Virus record (IMG/VR): IMGVR_UViG_3300029288_000057
Coordinates: 96,001-160,000 of that record
Length of the DNA stretch: 64,000 bases
Direction: 5' to 3' (one strand)
Origin: a virus
Lineage: Duplodnaviria; Caudoviricetes
Shown here in pieces: positions 27,749 to 38,126 of this stretch. The notes under the pieces are model-generated. The model searched no databases. It had not been told where the DNA came from and worked only from the letters and a program-made list of their open reading frames with translations. The position numbers and the translations under genes are program-made. Every line of letters begins with the position of its first letter. Positions within the stretch are counted from its first letter, which is position 1.

Positions 27749-28834
27749 TTAATTTATGTGAAAAGTTTTAACGTATTGAGAAAAGGGCACACTAGTCACG
27801 TTTACTAGCTTTAGCTTTTCAATTTTACCTTCTACATATTTGATATCTTTTTTTATTTTAGCAGCTCTTTCATATTCTTCTTCATCTGATAAATTGAGCA
27901 TTTTAGATTTTAATATCTCTTTTATTCTTTCAAGCACTTCTGACATACCATCTATATCATATTTTGATTTTGACAGGGACTCATAGTGTTCTTTTATATC
28001 TTTTGATATAGAAATCATTTGGTCAAAATTGCTTGAGGTGTCTATTTCTATGGTAATTCTGTTTTCTTGTGGCAAATTGTTTTTAACTTCCATCAAATAA
28101 TAAACAAACAATTTGTCTATCAACAGGTTTTTTTCTTTTATTTTTAAATTAAAAGACCCACCATAGTTAATGGGGAGTTTTTTTAAAATCTCTCTATTCG
28201 TTTTACAGCTTTTTAAAATTATTTTATTCGGGTTATAAACATTGTTAATCCTAATAAAATCACATTTAAACGGAAGTAAATAATTTCTCAAATCACTATT
28301 TGACTTTGACGTAAAGTCTCCGTTAAGATTTAAATAACATTTGTCTCCAGAAAACTTGCATTCAATGAATAAATAAAAATATAATGACAACTTTTCTCCT
28401 ATCTCTGGAATTTTACACTTACCTATTTTGAAGGCTTGTAGAATGTTTCTTTTTGATTCCTCTTTGTAATCTGCTTTAGCTGCAATGTCTTGCAAAAGCT
28501 GTTTTGTTCCATTTAAGTTCAATATTTCCAGTTCACCCTTTATTGTTTCTTCCAACTCCTGACTATATCTCATGCCCTTTTTTTCTAAAATATTTTTAAT
28601 ATCTGGAACCTCAATTCTTGGGAAATCTGGGTCTTGAGAAAACTCAAATGTTAATATGTCAGATTCAACATACCCTATGTTCTGGATTGCGAAAATGGCT
28701 TTTTCATAGTCATCTTCGTTAATAACCGTTTCATCTAAATATTGTCTTCCTTTCCTGGTTACAAAGATAATCGGGCGTTTAGTCTTGTCCAGGGGATTTT
28801 CAATTATACAAAAATCTAAATTTATATAGTTCAT
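27749..28834 (-). CDS. Hypothetical protein with C-terminal UvrB/UvrC-type coiled motif
   Basis: [13 protein letters not shown]. Confidence 0.6.
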   Translation of the reverse strand: MNYINLDFCIIENPLDKTKRPIIFVTRKGRQYLDETVINEDDYEKAIFAIQNIGYVESDILTFEFSQDPDFPRIEVPDIKNILEKKGMRYSQELEETIKGELEILNLNGTKQLLQDIAAKADYKEESKRNILQAFKIGKCKIPEIGEKLSLYFYLFIECKFSGDKCYLNLNGDFTSKSNSDLRNYLLPFKCDFIRINNVYNPNKIILKSCKTNREILKKLPINYGGSFNLKIKEKNLLIDKLFVYYLMEVKNNLPQENRITIEIDTSSNFDQMISISKDIKEHYESLSKSKYDIDGMSEVLERIKEILKSKMLNLSDEEEYERAAKIKKDIKYVEGKIEKLKLVNVTSVPFSQYVKTFHIN

Positions 28835-28949
28835 TAATGCTGTATTTTTTTAATAAATATTATTTAATTTTAAGTCTTTTGGAAAATATAAAAAAAATGA
28901 TGTTTAAAAAAAACAGTTTTTGCTGATATTTATATAAAATAGAAAAAAC

Positions 28950-29219
28950 ATGATGGAACTTGAAGAAATTAAAAAGCAATTAAGGAAACAAATTAGGGAA
29001 ATACTTTTGAACACGGACGAATTAAGGGATGTTAAATCTTTAAATCAAAAAAAGGGGCTGCCTGAACTAAAAAAAGATGCTTATATTAAGCTTGTTGACT
29101 TAAAAAATGAATTCGAGGCCGTTAAGGAAGATCCTGACAAAGAGGATGTGATTAAAAAAATTGACGGTTTGATTGTTTCATTAAATCTTGTGAAAAAGAA
29201 TCTCAGTAATCAATTGTAA
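28950..29219 (+). CDS. Small late protein with LRKQIRE leader
   Basis: Leader; TATTTATA at 28927-28934. Confidence 0.6.
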   Translation: MMELEEIKKQLRKQIREILLNTDELRDVKSLNQKKGLPELKKDAYIKLVDLKNEFEAVKEDPDKEDVIKKIDGLIVSLNLVKKNLSNQL

Positions 29220-29226
29220 TAAACTA

Positions 29227-30117
29227 TTAAGTTTTATATGTAATTAGCTGTGGATGAACGTTTACAATGTTTTTCCAATTAGTTTCATTCAATTTCCAAA
29301 AACAACATTCATTTATATATTTACCTGGTTTGTTTATTATTAGTTTTTCCCATCCAAAAGCAGAAAGTTCTTCTTTATAATTTCGTTCTTTTATCAAATA
29401 ATCAAAATTCTCGTCTGGGAATAAACAAATAAGTTCAACGCTGTTGTAAATATCGCTTTGAATAAATTTTAAGAAATTACAATAACACAACAATTCTGGT
29501 CTATTTTCTAATATTTCTATCCACTTCCTTGCTGTAAGCTTGTTTAGGTCTAGGGATTGAAAATAGATGTCTCCTGTGTTGATAATCATATCACACACAT
29601 GATAATCTTTTAAGTTGCTTAAATCAAAACTCCTTATTACACCGTCTGCAAATTCATTAAATTCTATTATTTCAAACTTTTCTTTGGCCGTAAATTCATA
29701 TTTACTTACATCAACTTTCTCAGATAGCTCTTCAGCTCCAATAGTAAGTAGACAAAATGCTTCTTCATGATTCATCTTCTCTAAGTCAATATTGATTTTA
29801 TCAATTAAGTGTGGACGAATCCTCAACATTTCTCGTGCCTCTCTTATGGTATAGTTATATTTCGATAGGTCTACATAATCTGCTATCCTTACATTCCTAG
29901 CCACCACTCTTATTATTTTCATCCTGTCAAAACTTTCCCACGGAATCATGTCATGCATGACCTCGTTGTCAGCAATTGTTCTGTCTGGAATTTTATTAAA
30001 ATCAACATATTGACACAAATGTCTCAATTCCTCACTATTCAACTCAACCCATTCATCTGATATGATTTTTGACAAAAATGCCTGTACAATTATATTTGTT
30101 TTTTGAGTTTTATTCAT
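29227..30117 (-). CDS. Helical-repeat hypothetical protein
   Basis: Recurrent W..(I/L)...(R/K/H)P units. Confidence 0.6.
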   Translation of the reverse strand: MNKTQKTNIIVQAFLSKIISDEWVELNSEELRHLCQYVDFNKIPDRTIADNEVMHDMIPWESFDRMKIIRVVARNVRIADYVDLSKYNYTIREAREMLRIRPHLIDKINIDLEKMNHEEAFCLLTIGAEELSEKVDVSKYEFTAKEKFEIIEFNEFADGVIRSFDLSNLKDYHVCDMIINTGDIYFQSLDLNKLTARKWIEILENRPELLCYCNFLKFIQSDIYNSVELICLFPDENFDYLIKERNYKEELSAFGWEKLIINKPGKYINECCFWKLNETNWKNIVNVHPQLITYKT

Positions 30118-30168
30118 TATATTTGTGCTGTTATTAAAAATATAGAATATTTAAATAAAAAAATCAAT

Positions 30169-30435
30169 ATGGAAGAAAACAAAAAAGAAATTGCAATTGA
30201 TATGAATAAATTGATTGTCAGGGTTCATAATAAAATTGCTATATGGAACAATCAAGATGTTACAAGTGATGAAAAATCCATTATGTTAAAAGTTTTGTCA
30301 CACGATATCGTTTCAGACATTATATCTACTGCTTTCAGTCAGCTAGAAGGAGTAAAAACAAAAGAAAGAATCCTTCCTGGAGAAGCTCCTAAGAGAAAAA
30401 ACCTTTTAAAAAGAATGTTTAATAAGACCGAATAA
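30169..30435 (+). CDS. Hypothetical protein
   Basis: ATG start MEENKK within track ORF 30103. Confidence 0.55.
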   Translation: MEENKKEIAIDMNKLIVRVHNKIAIWNNQDVTSDEKSIMLKVLSHDIVSDIISTAFSQLEGVKTKERILPGEAPKRKNLLKRMFNKTE

Positions 30436-30445
30436 AAACTATTCT

Positions 30446-31009
30446 TTAAAGATTCTTCTTTTTTCTTTGCATTTTGTAAAGGTCAATTTCGTCTTCTGTC
30501 CTTTTTTCTCCCAATCCATCATTGCTAAATTTAACAATGTTGAATTTGGTTGGGTCTATTTCTTCAGTCAAAAGAGTCTTTTTACTGTTTTCTTGATATA
30601 ATTCGTTGGTTAGTTGTTTCTTTTCTTCATTTTCTACTATGCCGCAAAGCTCTTTGAATCTTTTAGAAACGCATTCAACAGTAGCTTTTTTCTCATCTTT
30701 TTCTTCATATAAGTCATCTTCTTTCTCTGAATCATCAGTTTTAACGGAATCTGCTTCACTTTCCATTTTCTTTAATCTGGTATAATAGTCTGACAATTCA
30801 TCCATGTGTGCTAGAACTATTTTAAAGGTCTTCTCTGGGTCATCGTCTGTAACATTTGTTTCTGGATTTTGGGTGCCATGTTCTAGCTCTACGAGCATTC
30901 CTTGAATTAACTCATCCATATCGTATGTTGATATGTCAGTCCCAGTCTTCTTTGCTAATAGTGTAATTAATTTTTCGGCATAGCCTTTGGTTGTTTCGTT
31001 TACTTCCAT
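30446..31009 (-). CDS. DUF5661-like protein with internal RFKELCGI motif
   Basis: GMLVELEH...KIVLAHMDE..DYYTRLKKME. Confidence 0.65.
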   Translation of the reverse strand: MEVNETTKGYAEKLITLLAKKTGTDISTYDMDELIQGMLVELEHGTQNPETNVTDDDPEKTFKIVLAHMDELSDYYTRLKKMESEADSVKTDDSEKEDDLYEEKDEKKATVECVSKRFKELCGIVENEEKKQLTNELYQENSKKTLLTEEIDPTKFNIVKFSNDGLGEKRTEDEIDLYKMQRKKKNL

Positions 31010-31042
31010 GGTTGTGTGATTTTTTAAATATTGTGAAAATTA

Positions 31043-31834
31043 TTAGAACTTCAGTATAGAATACTGTAAGCTTACCCCCACTCCTGGTCCTATTATATAA
31101 CCATCTTTGCCAAAACTCATCCCAAACCCAATATAAGGCCCTACAGACCATCTTTTTGTTTTGGATGATGATTGGGGAGGATTAATCAAATTAGACACGT
31201 CAGCGCCTTCTATTTGGCCTACAATTACGTTTTTATTGTCTGGGGTGATAAATATTTTATACAAACCCCCTTCTTTTTTAATTCCAGTCGTAAACCCCAA
31301 CTTTAAACTCATGTCGTCTATTGTTGAAATATCTGGTTTTGTAACGATATCATACCTGTTTGTAATTTTATCTGTAAGCATAGCCTCAATAAAGAGCATA
31401 CTGGTTGATTTAATATGCAATGAACCATCTTTGGAATAATAATCATATTTTACAGCGTATTTGTTATTTCCAAGCGAAACAACTCCGTTTTTGACGGAGC
31501 CAGTATCTCTGTATTCTATTTTGGTCATCCATATAATTTTAACTTCGCCCAATTCTGCCTTTAATCTTTTATAGAGTTCGGGGAAGTATTTCTCAACCTC
31601 GCTCACAGACATGTCTGCTATTGGCTTGCTATAAGATAATTGGCCAAGCTTGTTTTTGTAAACCTTAACAGAATCATTCAATGCCGCCAAGTTCTGTTTA
31701 GAAACCTGTTCCTGGCGCTTCATTTCATTTTTTAACTTTCTAGTTGTGTTGCATTGATTTAAGAAGAGTAAGAGAATTAGAACTCCAGCAATAATTAATA
31801 TTGCATTTATGTTTTTTTTAATTGTTTCCCACAT
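31043..31834 (-). CDS. Membrane-anchored coiled-coil protein with C-terminal beta-hairpin (spanin-like candidate)
   Basis: N-terminal TM, coiled coil, WSVGPYIGFG...GVGVSLQYSILKF end. Confidence 0.55.
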   Translation of the reverse strand: MWETIKKNINAILIIAGVLILLLFLNQCNTTRKLKNEMKRQEQVSKQNLAALNDSVKVYKNKLGQLSYSKPIADMSVSEVEKYFPELYKRLKAELGEVKIIWMTKIEYRDTGSVKNGVVSLGNNKYAVKYDYYSKDGSLHIKSTSMLFIEAMLTDKITNRYDIVTKPDISTIDDMSLKLGFTTGIKKEGGLYKIFITPDNKNVIVGQIEGADVSNLINPPQSSSKTKRWSVGPYIGFGMSFGKDGYIIGPGVGVSLQYSILKF

Positions 31835-31872
31835 AACTACTTTTTCTTATAAATAGTGAGAAAATGTGTTTT

Positions 31873-32649
31873 TCAAAGGGTCTGATTAAGATTTAAAAAG
31901 TGAATTACTTCTTTATTCTCTGAATTTGTATAATTTGTTGCAAACAAAACGAATTCCAAAATCATTCTTTTATATTCTGGCAGAGGCACTGTATTTCCTT
32001 TGCCATATTGTTGAATAATTGCCCCGTCTTTCACATCTATTTCTATAGTTACATGCGGTTCATTTTTTTCGTCTCTTAAAGAAATAATTATAGACCTTTC
32101 ATTCCTTACTTTTGCTTTATAACTTTCTCCCTTTACACAATTACTCATTCGCTTCCCTTCGTATGATAGGTCTTCAGGGTTTAATAAATATACAAAGTGT
32201 TTTTTGTCAGAGCATCTATATAAAACCCTTTCGTTGCTTACCTGATATATTTTTAAATCTTCAATATCATATTTTTCGTACATCTCTTTGTGCCAAGCTT
32301 CCTGGTGATTAAAGGCATCTTCAAATGAAGAAGTAAATATATTTGCTTTTGTTTCTACCGCCCAGTCAATAATGAGTCTAATCTTATTAAATTCATTTAA
32401 CAGGTCAATGTTTTTCTTTATTTCTTTAGCAATCCAAACGTCGTATTTGTGTTTCCTTTTGGACGATTTATGAATGTCTTGATTTTCTTTGTCTCCGACA
32501 AACCCATATCTTTCTCCTATTGCTGATATAGACTTAACGATTTTGTCAACTTCTTTCTCCGATAAATATTTTTTTTTGGGGCTTTTATTTTCTGGAAGAA
32601 AAATTGATTTAATATACTGTTCTCTTTTCGTTAAACCTAAAGGGCTCAT
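31873..32649 (-). CDS. PcfJ-like domain protein
   Basis: EGKRMSNCV, SLRD, HVTIEI, Q.YGKGN. Confidence 0.7.
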   Translation of the reverse strand: MSPLGLTKREQYIKSIFLPENKSPKKKYLSEKEVDKIVKSISAIGERYGFVGDKENQDIHKSSKRKHKYDVWIAKEIKKNIDLLNEFNKIRLIIDWAVETKANIFTSSFEDAFNHQEAWHKEMYEKYDIEDLKIYQVSNERVLYRCSDKKHFVYLLNPEDLSYEGKRMSNCVKGESYKAKVRNERSIIISLRDEKNEPHVTIEIDVKDGAIIQQYGKGNTVPLPEYKRMILEFVLFATNYTNSENKEVIHFLNLNQTL

Positions 32650-32909
32650 TATATCATTAGTTTAAGAACAAGTTCTGATTCGTTTTCTGCATCCAGAACC
32701 TCATAGGAACCATTGTACTCTTTCGAGTCTTGCATCTTGAGACCGTTTATTTTATGGGTTTTCTTGAACTTAATCGTGTAATTGACCTCATCAAGAACAA
32801 GGTCTCTTATGGTATAACACTTCATTAAAACCCTTAGTTTGTGCTGAAATATGGTAATGGGTTTCTTTTCAAAATCATCCTTTTTGATTTTAAAACTTTT
32901 AATCACCAT
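32649..32909 (-). CDS. Hypothetical protein
   Basis: Stop overlaps next start. Confidence 0.55.
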   Translation of the reverse strand: MVIKSFKIKKDDFEKKPITIFQHKLRVLMKCYTIRDLVLDEVNYTIKFKKTHKINGLKMQDSKEYNGSYEVLDAENESELVLKLMI

Positions 32910-32912
32910 AAA

Positions 32913-33422
32913 TTATTCCTCCATTTTTTTCCTTTTGGAACCCTTTTTAGGACCTCTTTTCTTTGGTCTGCCTGGGCGCTTCTTGCTTTTAGCACGAGGT
33001 TTTGAAGAGTATTTTGAAGCGTTTTCTATCGCTTTGTCTACAATAGTCTTTTTTTCTTTTGATACTTTAACTTCATCAACACTGATGTGTTCTGGTTCTG
33101 CAACTGTGGTATCACCATCTTCTTTTAAAGATTTTTGTAAATTAAATATAAAACAACTGTTTTCAATATCCTCCTGTTTATACCCAACATAATATTTCAA
33201 AAAACTTGGCTTTATCTCTTCATCGACCTTTATGATTCCCTTTTTTGAGTAAATTATTAATGCCTTGGAAAGCTTGTTGGTTTGTGAGTAAACCACTTCT
33301 CCAGGGCGTAAATCAATTTGTACGTCGTTGTTAAAAATGTCTTTAAAAAAGACTCTTATTTTTTCTCCGCCAAACTTTGTGGGGGTTAAAAATGTTACTT
33401 TAATGTCTATTACGTGGTTCAT
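32913..33422 (-). CDS. Hypothetical protein with basic, AT-hook-like tail
   Basis: KKRPGRPKKRGPKKG. Confidence 0.6.
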   Translation of the reverse strand: MNHVIDIKVTFLTPTKFGGEKIRVFFKDIFNNDVQIDLRPGEVVYSQTNKLSKALIIYSKKGIIKVDEEIKPSFLKYYVGYKQEDIENSCFIFNLQKSLKEDGDTTVAEPEHISVDEVKVSKEKKTIVDKAIENASKYSSKPRAKSKKRPGRPKKRGPKKGSKRKKMEE

Positions 33423-33468
33423 AATTTCTTTTTAGTTTAAATATAATTTAAACAAAAATTAAAATCAA

Positions 33469-33498
33469 CAAAAAATCCATCAAATTGATGGACTTTTT
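33469..33498. terminator. Probable terminator
   Basis: tccatcaa/ttgatgga inverted repeat with A/T runs. Confidence 0.6.
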
Positions 33499-33520
33499 AT
33501 AATTTATTTAAATTTTTTAA

Positions 33521-35200
33521 CTAAACTTGTGGTTTGAAAAGTGGATTAAGAACAAGTTTGTTTGTAAAATGGTCTATCAAATACATTTGATTTCTTCTTA
33601 CATCAGATTCTGAGAGTCTAAATATAATCATACTTCCTCTTGCTTTAGGGACATCCAAATAACCCTTTTCTTCTCCAGAATATGGAGTGTTGCTCAAACT
33701 AGATTCTAAAGACTTATTATTCGCTTCAAATTCTTTATTTGCCATACTTTCATATTGTTCTCCAGAAACTACATCTTTAGTGTCCTTTACGTTACAAAAA
33801 CAATCGTTTTCATATAAAGTTTTCCACCTTTTGCTCTCTTCTTCTTTTGACATCTTTTCTGTAATAATATACCTTTTGTTGATGCCTTTTTCTTCGTTTT
33901 CTTTTAAGGAAGAGAATTTTCTTTTGAGCATCTGTTCTTTGTCTGTTGTCTTTTCTATCTCTTTAACAATTGCGTTTAAATCACCATGGCCAGTTTTGTC
34001 CAACTCTTCTTTGCTATTTAATTCGGTTCCATGCATTCCCATAGCATATGGGTGATTCATTCCCTTTGGCATATTTAATGTGCCAGGTTCCATTTCAACT
34101 TTTTCAGTGTATGGAAATGAGCCTTCTGAAATAACTTTATAACTTCCATCGTTTTGTCTCGTCAAATGAGCCCTTGGGGTTCTCATCTGTCCATAAGTTG
34201 TGTCTTTCACAGCTTCGTTTACTGGTGTGTAATCTTTGTTTGCTTTTAAATCAGGGGTTTTCCCATCTTTTGAGAATCCGTAAGGGGTTGGGTATTTAAA
34301 TCCGCTTGGCTCGGTTGCCCCACCGATTCCAGGACCCGATGTTGTTATTTCTTCTAAAGGGTTTTCAGACTCCTCTTCGCTTCCAATAACTAATTTTTTA
34401 TCAGTTGGTTCTCCAGTTGGAGTATCTGGTGTTTTAGCACCATCGGTCTTGTCATCATCTTCAAATGAACTAGGAGAATCTCCTGTGACGAATGCTTCTT
34501 TTACAAGATTATCTATTTTATCTCCAACTTCTTCGAAAGAGCTTGAGAAAAGGTCTGTTAATTTCATATTATATTTATTTTCTTTTACAATTGAGTCGTT
34601 CATGTCTTTTTCGGTTTTATCATCAACAGCTATCTTGGTACCAATTAAGTATGAAGCTTCAGCTTGAGCAATTGGTTGAAAGAATTTTTTGAAGTCCTTT
34701 TTAAAAGATGCCTCGTTGTCAATGTTTGAGATGGTTCCGCTTTTGCTTAACTCTTGCGGAGCATAAGTGTCTTTTTCTGATGATTGGTGGAATGCTGCGG
34801 CTTCAGTGTTTTTATATTCTATGTGAACATTTTTTTGCTTAATTTCTAAATAAATTTCGCTCACTATTCTTTTCCCACCAAAGGTTGTAACCTTTTGCAT
34901 ATATGAAACTGGTTTTACAGCTCCCATATTAAGCATTTTTGGAATAGAAACGGTTACGTTTAATTTGCCTTCTGCGGTTCCTTTACCTATTTCTTTTTCC
35001 TCATTGTCTTTTCCGCCAGCAGCTATAACAAATAAGTATCCGTCTTTTTCCTCGTATCCAAGTTCTTTAAAGGCGTCTATCGTTTCATCTTTGATAATCT
35101 GTTCAACATTTTCGCCTACAATCTTTTTTATTTTTTGACGAAACGCAAAGTCGTCTGTTTGTTGTACTGTTCCTTCTGGATATAATTCTTCTTTTTCCAT
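33521..35200 (-). CDS. Large acidic late protein (probable virion internal protein)
   Basis: Many (I/L/V)xE sites; TATTTATA at 35218-35225. Confidence 0.6.
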   Translation of the reverse strand: MEKEELYPEGTVQQTDDFAFRQKIKKIVGENVEQIIKDETIDAFKELGYEEKDGYLFVIAAGGKDNEEKEIGKGTAEGKLNVTVSIPKMLNMGAVKPVSYMQKVTTFGGKRIVSEIYLEIKQKNVHIEYKNTEAAAFHQSSEKDTYAPQELSKSGTISNIDNEASFKKDFKKFFQPIAQAEASYLIGTKIAVDDKTEKDMNDSIVKENKYNMKLTDLFSSSFEEVGDKIDNLVKEAFVTGDSPSSFEDDDKTDGAKTPDTPTGEPTDKKLVIGSEEESENPLEEITTSGPGIGGATEPSGFKYPTPYGFSKDGKTPDLKANKDYTPVNEAVKDTTYGQMRTPRAHLTRQNDGSYKVISEGSFPYTEKVEMEPGTLNMPKGMNHPYAMGMHGTELNSKEELDKTGHGDLNAIVKEIEKTTDKEQMLKRKFSSLKENEEKGINKRYIITEKMSKEEESKRWKTLYENDCFCNVKDTKDVVSGEQYESMANKEFEANNKSLESSLSNTPYSGEEKGYLDVPKARGSMIIFRLSESDVRRNQMYLIDHFTNKLVLNPLFKPQV

Positions 35201-35256
35201 TTGCAAATAGATTTTTTTATAAATATTAAAAAAAAACCTTTTTGCGTTATATAAAA

Positions 35257-35283
35257 CAAAAAAGCTGTGTTTCCACAGCTTTT
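35257..35283. terminator. Terminator hairpin
   Basis: aaaagctgtg...cacagcttt. Confidence 0.7.
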
Positions 35284-35584
35284 ATTTTACCAGTCCCTTC
35301 TTCTTCCAAGCCTCCCATGTCTCACGGTCATCAATTTTTATTCCTGGATTATCTAAATATATGTTGTTTTCAAAAAAATAGCCAATAAACCTTTTTTTGT
35401 AAACTGTCTTTTTGTTTCTTTTTAATTTATAATCAAAATCCATGTCATAATCACCTTCTTCAATTTGATATGATACGGTTTTGTGCATTTTTTTTGCAAA
35501 TAACCAAAACTTATAGTTCCATTTTGCGTTTAAAATATAGAATCTAAGTCTTGAGTGCTTCCATGTATTTTTAAAGAGTTTCAT
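35282..35584 (-). CDS. Hypothetical protein
   Basis: Operonic ATGA overlap. Confidence 0.55.
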   Translation of the reverse strand: MKLFKNTWKHSRLRFYILNAKWNYKFWLFAKKMHKTVSYQIEEGDYDMDFDYKLKRNKKTVYKKRFIGYFFENNIYLDNPGIKIDDRETWEAWKKKGLVK

Positions 35585-35973
35585 TTTTTAACGCTTCTGA
35601 CATTAACTCTTTCATGCATTGTGTGTCTATCCCCACAGTCACTACATATACAAAGGTTTAAGTCTTTATAATCTTCCTTCTTGTCAGCATAAAACACATA
35701 ATCAACAAGTGTTGTACTATGTGATTTTGAGCCGCACTTTGGACAAACTTCATGATTTTTTTTATATTGCTTCATGAATTTTGTATATTCTTTGCTTGGT
35801 TTACAATCTTCGGTTGTTATTAAAATGTATGGGGCATATATAATCCCTTGCATTCCACCCTCGAACTCTTCTTGGGTTAATGCTTTGTGCTCCCCTAAAT
35901 TTTCTGTATTAATTTTTTCATAAAATTTGGGATTAATCTCTGTTAGCTTATAGCGGGATTTTCTCTTTTTCAT
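35581..35973 (-). CDS. Zn-ribbon protein with GIIYAPYI motif
   Basis: CPKCG...CSDCG. Confidence 0.6.
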   Translation of the reverse strand: MKKRKSRYKLTEINPKFYEKINTENLGEHKALTQEEFEGGMQGIIYAPYILITTEDCKPSKEYTKFMKQYKKNHEVCPKCGSKSHSTTLVDYVFYADKKEDYKDLNLCICSDCGDRHTMHERVNVRSVKK

Positions 35974-35974
35974 A

Positions 35975-36214
35975 TTACCAGAACCATGTTATTTGCATAG
36001 GAATAATTACATAATACAAAAGGAGCAGGCAAAAGGAACATATTGCAATCAAAGAAAAATATAGTAATGATTTTATTTTGATTTTGTCCGCAATGGTACT
36101 GTCTTCATATGCCTCAGATTTTTCAGTTAGTTTAAAGTCTTTATACAGCGTCTTAATTATAAGGGCGCCCAGTGCTATAAATAGCAAAAGTATAATTTTA
36201 AGAATTATTATCAT
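35975..36214 (-). CDS. Small two-TM membrane protein
   Basis: Two hydrophobic helices. Confidence 0.55.
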   Translation of the reverse strand: MIIILKIILLLFIALGALIIKTLYKDFKLTEKSEAYEDSTIADKIKIKSLLYFSLIAICSFCLLLLYYVIIPMQITWFW

Positions 36215-36455
36215 TTTCTTCTTTTGGAGTTGGGAAATGTTTTGCATAATATACTGATATGGACTCTATTGTTAATTCTGCCTGTGAGAATTTTTCAAAT
36301 TCATCCTTCAGTCTTGGAACGTTTTCGTTAATATCTGGCAATCCGCCATCTAAAATTAAAGAGATGTTGGAGGCGGCCTTATCTCTATCTGCTACGCATT
36401 GAGATAGTGCGGCCAATAACATTTTTTGTTTGGTATTTTCCATTTTATTCGTCAT
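36198..36455 (-). CDS. Hypothetical protein
   Basis: Helical ORF packed in operon. Confidence 0.55.
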   Translation of the reverse strand: MTNKMENTKQKMLLAALSQCVADRDKAASNISLILDGGLPDINENVPRLKDEFEKFSQAELTIESISVYYAKHFPTPKEENDNNS

Positions 36456-37023
36456 CTTCTTGACCTTTTTTATCTTTTTTATTCTTTCTTTCTTCCTTTT
36501 CCTCACTGATAATTCTATCAATAGCCATATCGATTATTTCTGAACTATTAAGTGATTTCTCTACACCATAGCACTTTAAATTACTATCATATTCTTTAAC
36601 GTCAACAGCTTGCTTTTTAACTTTATTGTTTAAATCAACATCAACACCACAAAGAATTTTATCAAGCAAAATGACTTTATTTTCAATATCCAATTCTTTC
36701 CATGATTTATAATGAACAGAAAGGATGTAATCATATTCATCATTTATCATTCTTTCTTCTTCTGAACGTGGTTTAAGTCCCCCCAAAACATATCTTCCAC
36801 CATCTTTTTTAACAAGTGTGGTATAGAGATATTTTATTCTTTCTGGATTAATATCTGAATTGTGGTCGGTATTTTCTTTAATAAAATTTGCAATGGCCAG
36901 AAGCTCATCATCTGCATCCATGTATTGTAGGTTGCCTTCGAATACAACAGATTTTTCTAAAGTTTTAACTAAAATTTGTGGCGTGGAAACATTGTTAAGT
37001 TCCGAATAATCCAATTTTTTCAT
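36445..37023 (-). CDS. Phage metallopeptidase-like protein lacking HExxH
   Basis: DYIL...W..L....VILLD...DVKEY...YG pattern; TATATTTG at 37049-37056. Confidence 0.5.
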   Translation of the reverse strand: MKKLDYSELNNVSTPQILVKTLEKSVVFEGNLQYMDADDELLAIANFIKENTDHNSDINPERIKYLYTTLVKKDGGRYVLGGLKPRSEEERMINDEYDYILSVHYKSWKELDIENKVILLDKILCGVDVDLNNKVKKQAVDVKEYDSNLKCYGVEKSLNSSEIIDMAIDRIISEEKEERKNKKDKKGQEDDE

Positions 37024-37080
37024 ATGATTATATTTTTAAATTAATAATCAAATATAGGAAAAAAAACTAAAAAAACAAAA

Positions 37081-37644
37081 TTATCTATTTATTCTTTGTT
37101 GTGTGGGGTCATGTTGTGTTTGAAAAACGCCCATGCCATTGTTTTTATAGGCTCCGCCCGCCTGACGCAACCTATCTTTCTTTCTGTTTCCCTGCTCGTG
37201 TGTATCTGCCAACTTTTCTGTTACCCATTTTTTACCAGCGTCACCACCATGTAAGTTCCAAACTAACAACACATTGGATTTAATCATTTCTTCAATTGTA
37301 CCTCTTTTTTGCTGAATTATTCCTATGTTTTTTCTTTCAGACTCTACTTTTTCGGAATTAGATTCAAAGAATGACTTTAATCTTTTCATCTCAGAAAAGC
37401 TTTGTTTTGCTCTTTGAGAGAGCTGTTTTGCCTTCAGCCTTCCGCTGCCCTGATTTCCGTTTTGGTCAAGACTGGAAAGTTGAATTCCTTTTTGTTGTGC
37501 TATGCTTATTGATTCTAGTGCTGTTTGTGCTGTTTTGGCAACTTCATTGGTCGGGGTATAATTTTTATTGCTGTTATCCATATCAAACGATTCGAACAAC
37601 AAATCAATTTGTTCTCTTATTATTTTTCTAACAGCATTTTTCAT
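37081..37644 (-). CDS. Head-associated protein with VRKIIRE leader
   Basis: G..KAKQL...KRLKSFF...WNLHGGDAGKKW domain. Confidence 0.6.
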   Translation of the reverse strand: MKNAVRKIIREQIDLLFESFDMDNSNKNYTPTNEVAKTAQTALESISIAQQKGIQLSSLDQNGNQGSGRLKAKQLSQRAKQSFSEMKRLKSFFESNSEKVESERKNIGIIQQKRGTIEEMIKSNVLLVWNLHGGDAGKKWVTEKLADTHEQGNRKKDRLRQAGGAYKNNGMGVFQTQHDPTQQRINR

Positions 37645-38114
37645 TATTCACCCACCATTAACAATATGGCGTTTTTTATGTCGATTTCATTTACAGCTGG
37701 GAACCCTAAATTCATCATGTTCCAATTTATTTCATCATAAAATGAAATGTTGTTTATTGGAGTACCTGATTTTAGAACTCTCTTAATACAAACTTCAAGG
37801 GCTTCGTCTGGTTTGAGATTGGATGGCGCTACTTTTGGGGTCTTTACAATTGGATTGTTTTGATAATCGTCCAAGATTGAATTGACGGTTTTTCCCCTTC
37901 CGCCAGTACCAAAGTTGCCAGCTATATAATAGTTTTCTTTAATATCTGAGTTTGTTTCCTTAGAAATAAGACTCTTTAACCTTTCGTTCTCTTCTGTAAT
38001 CTTTTCCTGGTTTACTTCTTTTGTACTATCTTTATAAATCTCATGAGATTCTTCTAATGATTTCATAACCTCAAGCATTCTTTCTTCGTTAATGTTTTTT
38101 TCCATTTTTTTCAT
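37644..38114 (-). CDS. Hypothetical late protein
   Basis: Operonic; INE/ITE/IKE sites. Confidence 0.55.
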   Translation of the reverse strand: MKKMEKNINEERMLEVMKSLEESHEIYKDSTKEVNQEKITEENERLKSLISKETNSDIKENYYIAGNFGTGGRGKTVNSILDDYQNNPIVKTPKVAPSNLKPDEALEVCIKRVLKSGTPINNISFYDEINWNMMNLGFPAVNEIDIKNAILLMVGE

Positions 38115-38126
38115 TTTTTATATACG

